Below, one piece after another: positions 1 through 8,726 of a DNA stretch of 64,000 nucleotides (position 1 is the first letter of the stretch; every line of letters begins with the position of its first letter). The notes under the pieces are model-generated. The model did no database searches. It had not been told where the DNA came from and was given only the letters and a program-made list of their open reading frames with translations. A program made the position numbers and the translations under genes. This DNA comes from Ignavibacteriota bacterium (lineage in GTDB: Bacteria; Bacteroidota; Ignavibacteria; UBA10030): NCBI GenBank assembly GCA_963701295.1, contig OY969585.1, positions 2,496,001-2,560,000 of the forward strand, given 5' to 3'.

Positions 1-1407
1 CCACGAATTGTTTGAACTATTCCACCATTTTTCCATACCTCCGCGTCCTACTGATGCGTCATTGGAATTATCTTTCTGTAATTCGAATCCGAATGGAGCA
101 TTAAAATTTGTTCCGTCAATTCCAAGAGCTGCAAGAGGAATCTTCACTTCCAAATAATAACCGCTTCCTTCTTCAGTGATGACGCCATTATTGCCTACCA
201 TATCATGATCGACCATTTTGAATTGAATACCGGTTGTATCAACAGTAGTCCCGAACGCGGTACCGATATTCCCAACTTCCTTGCCCTCTAGCCAATGAGG
301 AATAGTAAACTGGTATTGACCAGCTGCTAAGGAAGTCTCTGTCGCATGGTTATTGGATCCGTCAAAGTAGAGTTCAACAGCATCTTGGTTCCATGCGGCG
401 TTCGTCGGAACATCTACAAGAACCTGATCCACAACATCGCAAAATAGGTACATATTATTATCGTCATAAAGTGGACGAACTGTAATGAATGAACCGAACA
501 TTGGATCTGTATCTACAACCGGACTTTCTGCAGTGGGAGGATCTCCAACTCTAAACAAATTCATTGTAACAGCATTTGCTTGTTTATAGATCGGATCCAT
601 TACTCCGTCAACAGTTATAGTTGTACCGGTAGGCACTTTGCTTATTTCAAATACAGTATCTACACTTCTACTGGAAAGAATAGCGGTGCCCCAAATGCCT
701 GCATTTGCCCACGAATTGTTTGAACTACTCCACCATTTCGACATGGATTGTCGTCCAATTGTCGCGTCATCCGATTCGTCTTGTTGTAATTCCCAACCAA
801 TATTTGCATTATCCGCCGTTGTGCCATCAATGCCTAAAGCTGCAAGAGGAATCTTTACTTCAAGCATCCAGCCGGGGAAACCTAGAGTATCACCCACATC
901 GGAAATTTTGAATTGAATACCGGTTGTGTCAATAGTAGTCCCAAACGCGGTACCGATATGCCCAACTTCTTGGCCCTTTAGCCAATGAGGAATAGTAAAC
1001 TGGTATTGACCAGCTGCTAAGGAAGTCTCTGTGGCATGGTTATCGGATCCATCAATGTAGATTTCGATAGCATCTTGGTTCCAATTGGCGTTCGTCGGAA
1101 CATCTATGAGAATATCATCTATTGAGTAGAACAAAATATAAAGATTATTCGCATCCCACATTGCTTTGCTCATACCAGTAAGACCAGCACCGCTATCAGC
1201 TCCGCTCGTTGCAGTTGGAGGATCGCCAACATTGTAAATCCGCTGCATATTCCAGTCGAGAGTTTTCCATACATTGTCTTGTAGGCCGTCGATCACTGGT
1301 GCCACTGCTGTTTTAGGAATTTGATACACACTGTCATTCACTATCTTTGCTTCAACTAGACTGGCAACAAAAACCAGACAAAGAAGAAATAATAGTACAT
1401 TTTTCAT
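1..1407 (-). CDS. Secreted tandem CBM9-like (sugar-binding) domain protein, runs off the window start
   Basis: Not in the ORF track. Manual translation from ATG 1407 gives MKNVLLFLLCLVFVASLVEA (signal peptide), then APVIDG..D..W, WDANNLY, NQDAIEIYIDG, LEVKIPLAALG. The domain occurs twice with a 690-nt offset. Confidence 0.8.
   Translation of the reverse strand, partial: MKNVLLFLLCLVFVASLVEAKIVNDSVYQIPKTAVAPVIDGLQDNVWKTLDWNMQRIYNVGDPPTATSGADSGAGLTGMSKAMWDANNLYILFYSIDDILIDVPTNANWNQDAIEIYIDGSDNHATETSLAAGQYQFTIPHWLKGQEVGHIGTAFGTTIDTTGIQFKISDVGDTLGFPGWMLEVKIPLAALGIDGTTADNANIGWELQQDESDDATIGRQSMSKWWSSSNNSWANAGIWGTAILSSRSVDTVFEISKVPTGTTITVDGVMDPIYKQANAVTMNLFRVGDPPTAESPVVDTDPMFGSFITVRPLYDDNNMYLFCDVVDQVLVDVPTNAAWNQDAVELYFDGSNNHATETSLAAGQYQFTIPHWLEGKEVGNIGTAFGTTVDTTGIQFKMVDHDMVGNNGVITEEGSGYYLEVKIPLAALGIDGTNFNAPFGFELQKDNSNDASVGRGGMEKWWNSSNNSW
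220..1110. repeat. Intragenic domain duplication, offset 690 nt
   Basis: ~220-420 matches ~910-1110; 289-342 is identical to 979-1032 (54 bp). Confidence 0.9.
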
Positions 1408-1717
1408 GTTGTTTTCTCCAAAATTGTTTTTTTGAATTATTTGATCTAGCAGGTATCCAAAGATATCATTTAGATTTTTTCCCCCCATTTTAAAAACTCC
1501 TCCTTTCTTAATCGTTGGTGACCAGTTTCTTCCTTTATGTACCTCCTTTCCTCTATATATGATGACCTTCACACAACTGGATAGATAATACCTTAACTGT
1601 ACGATAATTGTTTATTATATAGAAATCACTTGTTTTTTTGAGCTAATGTGTTTCTATCATACCTCAAACGAAATCCTTTACGGTGTCCTGCCATAGTATG
1701 GTGTTCCATTTCTATCT

Positions 1718-1975
1718 AAAATCAATCCAAACCTGCTAACAAAAAAGTTCAAGAAAGCAGTTAAAAAGTCAAAGCTCAAAGATCAGCGACTTCATTTTCA
1801 TTCACTTAGGCATACTTTTGCAAGCTGGTTGGCACGAAAGGGGACAAGCATTTACGAAATTCAAAAACTTCTCGGTCACTCCGACATTAAAACCACTCAG
1901 ATATACGCCCATCTTCTTCCCAATGAACTACACAATACGGTAGCGAAGTTAGAGGGAATGGTTCCATCCTATTAA
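1718..1975 (+). pseudogene. Tyrosine integrase C-terminal remnant
   Basis: Start-less frame KINPNLLTKKFKKAVKKSKLKDQRLHFHSLRHTFASWLARKGTSIYEIQKLLGHSDIKTTQIYAH...* contains the H-x-L-R-H, LLGH and catalytic Tyr motifs. No N-terminal half is upstream. Confidence 0.9.
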
Positions 1976-2010
1976 ACAACTTGACAGCGCCAGATGTACA
2001 AACCATCTTC

Positions 2011-2039
2011 TTGTTTTCGCATTTATTGTTTTGTATTTT
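2011..2039 (+). promoter_or_regulatory. Sigma70-type promoter for the ncRNA/tRNA-Arg(UCG) leader
   Basis: TTGTTT-17 nt-TATTTT; mirrors the promoter at 7317-7345. Confidence 0.55.
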
Positions 2040-2047
2040 AGGTATGA

Positions 2048-2145
2048 CTCAATGAAGCAGCTTCCGATAGAATGAAAGAGAACTTATACCCGAAAGGTTG
2101 AAACGCCAGGTATCAAGAGACCGGAGGCTCGTTTCGCTCGGTGTT
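2048..2145 (+). ncRNA. Candidate structured RNA, copy A
   Basis: Homologous to 7215-7308 (-): identical 17-mer CCGAAAGGTTGAAACGC, GTTTCGCT end, GAAA-loop hairpin plus GAAACG/CGTTTC stem. Confidence 0.55.
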
Positions 2146-2253
2146 ACTTATTCGTGGCAGATTGAGTACTAATTTAAGCACTGTCAGAGTGAATTAAAAT
2201 CAAAGGTTCACTCAGGACGAAAAAAGAAACGCAGAATATAGATTGTTTTCAAT

Positions 2254-2327
2254 GCACCCGTAGCTCAACTGGATAGAGCATCAGCCTTCGGAGCTGAGGG
2301 TTGGGGGTTCGACTCCCTCCGGGTGTA
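2254..2327 (+). tRNA. tRNA-Arg (anticodon TCG)
   Basis: Cloverleaf: acceptor GCACCCG/CGGGTGT, anticodon arm TCAGC-CTTCGGA-GCTGA, T arm GGTTCGACTCC. Confidence 0.95.
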
Positions 2328-2341
2328 CATCGAAAGAAAAA

Positions 2342-2376
2342 AACGCCTCCTTCCATCAGGGGGCGTTGATGTTTTT
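2342..2376 (+). terminator. Probable intrinsic terminator after tRNA-Arg
   Basis: AACGCCTCCT-loop-AGGGGGCGTT followed by a T-rich tract. Confidence 0.55.
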
Positions 2377-2394
2377 AAGGGAAGTGAAAAAACA

Positions 2395-2886
2395 ATGCCT
2401 TCAGTGCATGAACAATGGATGAAAGCTGCACTTCGAGAAGCGCAATCTGCTTACGATGCTGACGAGGTGCCGGTGGGGGCTGTCATTGTGCTTGAAGGAA
2501 AAATTATTGGCCGCGGGTATAACCAAATAGAACAACTGAAGGATCCGACTGCACATGCCGAAATGATTGCAATTACCGCCGCTTCCAATCATCTGCAATC
2601 AAGACGGTTAGAACAATGCACATTGTATATTACGCTTGAACCATGTCCGATGTGTGCAGGCGCAATAGTGCTCGCACGAATTCCTACACTTGTCTTTGGA
2701 GTATTCGATCCGAAAGCGGGTGCTTGTGGTACGCTATATAATATCACAGAAGATAAACGGCTTAATCACACTGTCCATGTTATCAGCGGTATTTACGACG
2801 GGGAAAGTGAAGCTCTATTGAAAAAGTTCTTTTCGAAAGTTCGAAAGTCTTCTAAAATAAAAAAAATAAACTATCTTGGACCTTGA
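2395..2886 (+). CDS. tadA: tRNA adenosine(34) deaminase
   Basis: [33 protein letters not shown] motifs. Start moved to ATG 2395 because the track start overlaps the tRNA. Confidence 0.93.
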   Translation: MPSVHEQWMKAALREAQSAYDADEVPVGAVIVLEGKIIGRGYNQIEQLKDPTAHAEMIAITAASNHLQSRRLEQCTLYITLEPCPMCAGAIVLARIPTLVFGVFDPKAGACGTLYNITEDKRLNHTVHVISGIYDGESEALLKKFFSKVRKSSKIKKINYLGP

Positions 2887-2901
2887 TCTGACGTAGTTTA
2901 T

Positions 2902-3972
2902 TTATGCAGTGACATTCTGAAGTTTTTCTGCATTGTCGGCGATCCGCAGCTTCTCAATTAACTCATCTAATTCACCATTAATGATGTGATCCAAACTATA
3001 AATCGTAAAACCGATGCGATGATCCGTCAGCCGGTTTTGTGGAAAATTATAAGTACGGATCTTGTCGCTTCGATCGCCGCTTTTCACCATCAATTTTCGT
3101 GTCGCTGCTGTTGACTTCGTTTGTTCTTCAAGTTTCATTTCATAGAGTTTGGCACGCAGCATCTTCATCGCCCGTTCACGGTTCTGAAATTGCGAACGTT
3201 CCTGCTGGCAGGCGACAATAATACCGCTGGGCTTATGCGTAATACGGACGGCCGTTTCTACTTTGTTCACATTCTGACCGCCTTTTCCGCCCGAACGATA
3301 AGTATCCAACTGAAGATCGGCAGGATTGATTTCCACTTCCACTTCTTCAACTTCGGGCAGCACTACGACAGACGCCGCTGAAGTATGTACGCGTCCTTGT
3401 GCTTCCGTTTCAGGAACCCGTTGAACACGATGCACACCGCTTTCATATTTCATCACACCGAATGCACCATCTCCCGAAACAGCAAACGAGATTTCCTTGA
3501 AACCTCCTTTTCCGGTTTCACTCCAATACATCAGTTCAACTTTCCAACCTTTGCGCTCAGCATATCGGGTGTACATCCGGTAAAGGTCTGCTGCAAACAA
3601 GGCTGCTTCTTCGCCGCCTGTACCGGCTCGAATTTCCATAATAAAATTTTTCGTATCGTTCGGATCAGGTGGAATCAATAACAACTTCAGCTCGTCTTCT
3701 AATTGAACTATTTGGACCTTCAACCGATCATATTCTTCTTGTGCAAGAACCTTCATATCTGGATCGCTTGTAGAATCCAGCAGTTCTTTACTGCCGTTTA
3801 AATCGTGGAAAATCTTTTTGTAGCGTAATCCGGTTTTGACGATTTGCTCCAACGAGCGAAATTCTTTCCCCAACTCACGGCTCTTTTGCTGATCAGCAAT
3901 AATAACCGGATTGCTCATCAGCGTGTTTACTTCATCGTAGCGATGGAAAATTTTTTCCAGTTTGTCAATCAT
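2902..3972 (-). CDS. prfA: Peptide chain release factor 1
   Basis: GGQ motif, [19 protein letters not shown] (PxT). Confidence 0.97.
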   Translation of the reverse strand: MIDKLEKIFHRYDEVNTLMSNPVIIADQQKSRELGKEFRSLEQIVKTGLRYKKIFHDLNGSKELLDSTSDPDMKVLAQEEYDRLKVQIVQLEDELKLLLIPPDPNDTKNFIMEIRAGTGGEEAALFAADLYRMYTRYAERKGWKVELMYWSETGKGGFKEISFAVSGDGAFGVMKYESGVHRVQRVPETEAQGRVHTSAASVVVLPEVEEVEVEINPADLQLDTYRSGGKGGQNVNKVETAVRITHKPSGIIVACQQERSQFQNRERAMKMLRAKLYEMKLEEQTKSTAATRKLMVKSGDRSDKIRTYNFPQNRLTDHRIGFTIYSLDHIINGELDELIEKLRIADNAEKLQNVTA

Positions 3973-3979
3973 AGACTCT

Positions 3980-5056
3980 TCACATTTTGTTCGTTAAAGA
4001 TAATGTATTGATACTGCCGGAATCCGGCTGCAGAATATATTTTGAAGGATCTTCCTGACCCAAGGCACAACGGAGCGCAATCAATGCGACTTCGATTTGT
4101 GCTGTATCCGGTTCTTTGGTCGTAATCTTCTGAAGCAGTAAGCCGAGAGCGATTATAATCCTGCCCCACCATGTTGTGCTGTGCTTTGCAGAGAATTTTA
4201 TGATCTCATATGCTATGCCGCCTACAATCGGAATGAACGGCAGATGTGTGAAGAGGCGAACCGGAAGAGTAAGAGTTCCCAGCAATTTTAAAAGAAATAT
4301 ATCAAGCACGCTGAATGACAAAATCGCAACAAAAGCCACGATGAGCAGAAAACTTGTTCCGCATCGTGGATGGAAACGGCTGTATATTTTTACTGATTCA
4401 GGTACAAGCAGAGATTTTAATTCGAAAGCAAACACTGATTTATGTTCAGCACCATGGTATCGGAACAACCGCTGAACGTCTTTCATAAGCGAAATTCCGG
4501 CCAAATAGAGAAGCAGAATCGTGATACGAATAGCACCCGCCGTAAGATTGAATGCTACAGCGGTCTGCTCAATAGCAAACACTTTTGTCGTGAGATATAA
4601 TGGGACAATGAAGAATATTCCGATGCCAAGCGTGAGCGCAAAAAATAGTGTTCCAATAAGAGCAAGGTTCGATTGGGACTCGGTCTTCTTTTCAGAACCA
4701 TTTCCTTTGACATTGTTCTTCTCTTTTCCTTTTTCCGTATCAACATCAAGCATAGCAATCTCGGCTGAGAAATTGAGTGTCTTTATACCAAGGTACATCA
4801 TATCAATAAGTCCGATTGCGCCTCGTACGACAGGAACATTCAACCATGTATATTTTTCGGTGACCGATTTGTATTGTTGTTGCTGTACAATAACCTGGCC
4901 GTTTGCACGCCGTACTGCTGTTGCTACAGAACCAGGTGCACGCATCATGACGCCTTCAATGACTGCTTGACCGCCGACCTGCATAGGTTTATTAGGATCA
5001 TAATCGGGGTTTGTGGGAATCCATTCTTGTTTTTCTTTTTCCTGCACGAGCATCAC
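3980..5056 (-). CDS. DUF1385 membrane protein
   Basis: [37 protein letters not shown]; typical neighbour of prfA. Confidence 0.9.
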   Translation of the reverse strand: MMLVQEKEKQEWIPTNPDYDPNKPMQVGGQAVIEGVMMRAPGSVATAVRRANGQVIVQQQQYKSVTEKYTWLNVPVVRGAIGLIDMMYLGIKTLNFSAEIAMLDVDTEKGKEKNNVKGNGSEKKTESQSNLALIGTLFFALTLGIGIFFIVPLYLTTKVFAIEQTAVAFNLTAGAIRITILLLYLAGISLMKDVQRLFRYHGAEHKSVFAFELKSLLVPESVKIYSRFHPRCGTSFLLIVAFVAILSFSVLDIFLLKLLGTLTLPVRLFTHLPFIPIVGGIAYEIIKFSAKHSTTWWGRIIIALGLLLQKITTKEPDTAQIEVALIALRCALGQEDPSKYILQPDSGSINTLSLTNKM

Positions 5057-5137
5057 CTCATCTTTCTTATGAAATATACGGAAGTTTTTCTATGCTAACA
5101 ATTTGAGACGAAAGAGAAGTTTGGCTACATTGAATCA

Positions 5138-6982
5138 GTGAAGCAAATATCAAATATACGGCGCATAGAACTGCTCGCTCCTGCTAAAGATTTAGAAAGC
5201 GGAAAGGCCGCTATTAACCATGGTGCCGACGCAGTGTACGTCGGTGCTCCTAAGTTTGGTGCTCGTGCTGCCGCGGGAAATTCATTGAATGATATTGCTA
5301 AACTCATTCAGTATGCTCATCGTTACTGGGTGAAAGTGTACGTTGCGCTTAATACGATTCTTTTTGATGATGAATTAGATGAGGCGCAAGCAATTGTCCA
5401 ATCCCTTTTTGAAGCCGGAGCTGATGCTTTGATTATTCAGGACATGGGATTACTGGAACTTGACTTGCCGCCTATTTCCCTTTTTGCCAGCACACAGACA
5501 CATAATTATGCGCTGGAGAAAATTCAATTCCTTGAGAAAGTTGGATTTCAACGCGTCATTCTTGCACGTGAATTGTCATTAAAACAATTGATCGAAATTC
5601 GTACAAACACTACAATTGATTTGGAATTCTTTATTCATGGAGCACTCTGTGTCAGTTTCAGCGGACAATGTTACCTGAGTCAAGCGACACAAGGGAGAAG
5701 TGCCAACCGTGGAGCGTGTGCCCAGCCATGCCGCTTGCCCTATACATTGTTGGACGGCAGTGGAAAGATTCTGGCAAAAGATAAATATCTTCTTTCTCTC
5801 AAAGATCTCAATCTCTCAGAGTATCTTAAAGATTTGATCAATGCAGGTGTTTCATCGTTCAAGATTGAAGGAAGATTAAAGGATATGAATTATATAAAAA
5901 ATGTCACAGCATTCTATCGACAACGAATTGATGAGATTTTAGAAACAGATTCGTCTCTTTCGAGTGCGTCATCAGGACGGACAATGCCGGCGTTTCGACC
6001 CGATCCGTCAAAGACGTTTAATCGCGGATTCACCGATTATTTTATCCGGCGCCGGAACAAAGATATTCTTTCGTCTCACACACCAAAATCGGTTGGAGCT
6101 TGTTTAGGAAAAGCCGGAAAGGTACGGCGAGATCACTTTCTTCTCGAGACTACAGAAACATTGCATAACGGTGATGGCATATGTTTTTTCGATCAACAAG
6201 AAGTACTCTGTGGCACTCATATTAACAAAGTAGAAAGAAATAAAATTTACCCTTCTGAATTTAAAGGAATTGAAGAAGAGACAATGATCTACCGAAACTA
6301 CGATCATCAGTTCGCTAAAATACTTCAAGAAAATAAAACGAAACGTCTTATCAATGTGAAAATGCAATTTGAAGAAACTGAAAGTGGTTTTATCCTCAGT
6401 ATTGAGGATGGCGATAATGTGAAGGTCTCCGTTGTTCAAAACAATAAAAAAACTCCTGCAAAGAACCTAGGTGCAGCAGAGGAGACGGTTCGGCGTCAGC
6501 TTATGAAATTAGGAGATTCGATCTTCGTTTCAGAAAAGCTTACTATTATCTGGAGCCAGCCATATTTCATACCGGTCAGTGTTTGCAACGAATTGCGGCG
6601 TCAAGCGATTGCTCAATTGGAAGAAAAACGAAAGAAGAGATTTCCACAGCATCATTCAAGCATCCTTCCGAACAGTGAACCATATTCGACGACACGCTTA
6701 GACTATTCTGCAAATGTTGCGAACAAGAAGTCAGAGTCGTTTTATCGTAAGCACGGCGTTGAGATCATCGACCCGGCATTTGAACTTCAGCATAGGAAGA
6801 GAGCGACTGTTATGACGATGAAGCATTGTCTGCGATTTCAATACGGTCTTTGTACCGGTCAAGGTACTGCCGACGCTGATACGCTTTTCCTTCAAGATGC
6901 TAAGAATACGTATCGATTGGAATTTGATTGTGAAGTATGTCAGATGAAAATCGTGTTTGAAAAGAATGCCAGAGAGAAATGA
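5138..6982 (+). CDS. U32 family protein with C-terminal extension (RlhA/YdcP-like RNA hydroxylation factor)
   Basis: ELLAPA, GADAVY, HGALCVSFSGQCYLS, NRGACAQPCR, KIEGR; C-terminal MTMKHCLRF...C. Confidence 0.85.
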   Translation: MKQISNIRRIELLAPAKDLESGKAAINHGADAVYVGAPKFGARAAAGNSLNDIAKLIQYAHRYWVKVYVALNTILFDDELDEAQAIVQSLFEAGADALIIQDMGLLELDLPPISLFASTQTHNYALEKIQFLEKVGFQRVILARELSLKQLIEIRTNTTIDLEFFIHGALCVSFSGQCYLSQATQGRSANRGACAQPCRLPYTLLDGSGKILAKDKYLLSLKDLNLSEYLKDLINAGVSSFKIEGRLKDMNYIKNVTAFYRQRIDEILETDSSLSSASSGRTMPAFRPDPSKTFNRGFTDYFIRRRNKDILSSHTPKSVGACLGKAGKVRRDHFLLETTETLHNGDGICFFDQQEVLCGTHINKVERNKIYPSEFKGIEEETMIYRNYDHQFAKILQENKTKRLINVKMQFEETESGFILSIEDGDNVKVSVVQNNKKTPAKNLGAAEETVRRQLMKLGDSIFVSEKLTIIWSQPYFIPVSVCNELRRQAIAQLEEKRKKRFPQHHSSILPNSEPYSTTRLDYSANVANKKSESFYRKHGVEIIDPAFELQHRKRATVMTMKHCLRFQYGLCTGQGTADADTLFLQDAKNTYRLEFDCEVCQMKIVFEKNAREK

Positions 6983-7032
6983 AGAAGACTTGGTATGCAC
7001 AGGAAAGCCTGTTGTGAACGGGCTTTTAGTTG

Positions 7033-7106
7033 TGCACCCGGAGGGAGTCGAACCCCCAACCTACAGCTCCGTAGGCTGCCGCTCTATCCAATTGAGCTAC
7101 GGGTGC
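7033..7106 (-). tRNA. tRNA-Arg (anticodon ACG)
   Basis: Reverse complement gives a cloverleaf with anticodon arm GCAGC-CTACGGA-GCTGT; 67/74 identical to the tRNA at 2254. Confidence 0.95.
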
Positions 7107-7179
7107 ATTCTAATATTCGTTAATTTCTACAACTGCCTTCTTTTTGAGTGAATGGAAAAAACCTCTTTTTCACTCCGAT

Positions 7180-7199
7180 GGTAACCAATTTAGTAACTA
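7180..7199. promoter_or_regulatory. Putative integrase arm-type sites (left end)
   Basis: GGTAACCAATTTAGTAACTA; GTAAC repeated at 12-bp spacing; matches 17278-17297. Confidence 0.6.
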
Positions 7200-7214
7200 G
7201 TGCTATAAACTAAA

Positions 7215-7308
7215 AACGTTAAGCGAAACAAGGCTCCCAGGCTCTAACACTGAGCGTTTCAACCTTTCGGTTCATTTACATTCGTTTTTGGAAGTGTGTT
7301 TCTTTAAT
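7215..7308 (-). ncRNA. Candidate structured RNA, copy B
   Basis: AACC-GAAA-GGTT hairpin, then GAAACG/TGTTTC enclosing CTCAG/CTGGG. Ends 116 nt before the tRNA, as copy A does. Confidence 0.55.
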
Positions 7309-7316
7309 GAACTAAT

Positions 7317-7345
7317 AATATACCAAATGATAAAAGTGAATTCAA
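7317..7345 (-). promoter_or_regulatory. Sigma70-type promoter for the ncRNA/tRNA-Arg(ACG) leader
   Basis: Minus strand TTGAAT-17 nt-TATATT. Confidence 0.7.
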
Positions 7346-7963
7346 GTTTTTTAATCATTGCAAGAGTAAATTTTACAATAACAAGCAATCTCATTTATAA
7401 AGAAGAACTAAGGGCTAGTGCAGGAAAGATAACATAATTCAATAGTCGTTATCCAAGCACCTTCTGTAATACCACGCGCGACCATTTACCACATTCCGGT
7501 ACTCGTTTGCCATTTTTTTCTGATCCATTTGTGATCCTTTGCGACCCTTTCGCCATCCCGTCACAACGCTCTTTAGGCATCTGACGAGATGGCAAGACGA
7601 TCATATAGGACAAAAGAATATCCAGAAAAATTCTGGCTAAACCTCTTTCCATTTCGGTTTAGATTGATTTCTCTCCTATATCGAAGTTGAAACTCCTGTA
7701 AGGTTTAAAAACGGGTCCCATATTTAATAGTTCGTCATTGTAAAGCGTCCTATGGCATGTCTTGGCGGTGGCGAAGATTTCCAATATCTCAAGGATGTTG
7801 GTTCAAACAGATCCAGTTTCGTTCGTGAAATTGTCGAACAAAATAATCTGCTCATACAGAAACTCAATTCGTTGATAGGAGAGGGTATGCCATTCTAAGT
7901 CCATCCCTACCAACGCTTATCAGTAAGAAAGCGTCGTGTGCGGTTTGTTAGTTGCAGTTGCCC

Positions 7964-8125
7964 ATTACCTCGGCAATACATATTTCTTTGTCTCTATAAA
8001 AACCGCCAGCTTTCAATTGATAGAAATACACGCCATGTGCGAAATATTTGCTTCGAAAACAACCGAGTGTCCACATGGATATTGATTCTCGTCTACAAAT
8101 GTCTTGGCTAATTTTCTAAATCCGA
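7964..8125 (-). pseudogene. Degenerate T9SS type A C-terminal sorting domain remnant
   Basis: Frameshifted reading GFRKLAKTFVDENQYPCGHSVVFEAN../GVYFYQLKAGG/FIETKKYVLPR* resembles the intact CTDs elsewhere in the window. Confidence 0.65.
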
Positions 8126-8189
8126 TAATTTAAATTGATTATCACTTTTTTATGCAACAACGGTGTATTTAAATAAAAGATAAAATAAC

Positions 8190-8238
8190 TTGACTTTTTA
8201 GAAAAGCCTTCATATTTTCGACCCATAAAATCGTTTCA
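8190..8238 (+). promoter_or_regulatory. Sigma70-type promoter with a possible LacI-type operator
   Basis: TTGACT-17 nt-TATTTT (8190-8218), followed by TAAAATCGTTTCA (8226-8238). Confidence 0.5.
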
Positions 8239-8726
8239 ATAATATATGAATCAGTTCAATAGGGGAAAGTTTTTTATAAGTGTTTGGTTTCACGTGTCAC
8301 TTCAGAGAGACATGTAAGAGGCAAAATTTTTCAGAGGAGGTTCTACTCTATCAAAATGTTTCTGTGTTTTTAAAGTACGCCAAGAATATACGTATTGACA
8401 AATAGTAAGACATGAGAAAGATCGATATCTGTTCGTGGAGGATAGTGCATGATAACAAGAATCGATTAGGCTTCAGAAAGCGGGGAGAAATTAAAATTTG
8501 ATATAACTTTTTTCGAGAGCTTTTATCATCTTTTATATATGTGCTTGATTGTTGATGAGATCACATGGCTATCATGAGGTGTATATCCTTCTGAAATTAT
8601 TTACGCAATTTTGAGTTCTCATAGGGGAGGATGATAGCTTGCTGTTTTTTTCTCAGTTAGGAAACGCTGAATAACTATCGCTTAGGGATGATAATAGTAT
8701 ACTTAAACTGAAAGGAGACATCGGCT

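Noticed and set aside
638-916. Short plus-strand ORFs at 638 and 705
   Set aside because: Antisense to the CBM9-like gene, which has a signal peptide and duplicated domains.
2090-2140. GTTGAAAC / GTTTC motifs resembling CRISPR repeat ends
   Set aside because: Only two dispersed, inverted copies; no repeat-spacer periodicity and no cas genes.
2048-2145. c-di-GMP-I riboswitch or hammerhead identity for the conserved RNA
   Set aside because: Lacks the GGCAAA/GACGCAAAGC elements and the CUGAUGA core, and it precedes a tRNA rather than an ORF.
6957-7151. 64-aa ORF
   Set aside because: Antisense translation of tRNA-Arg(ACG).
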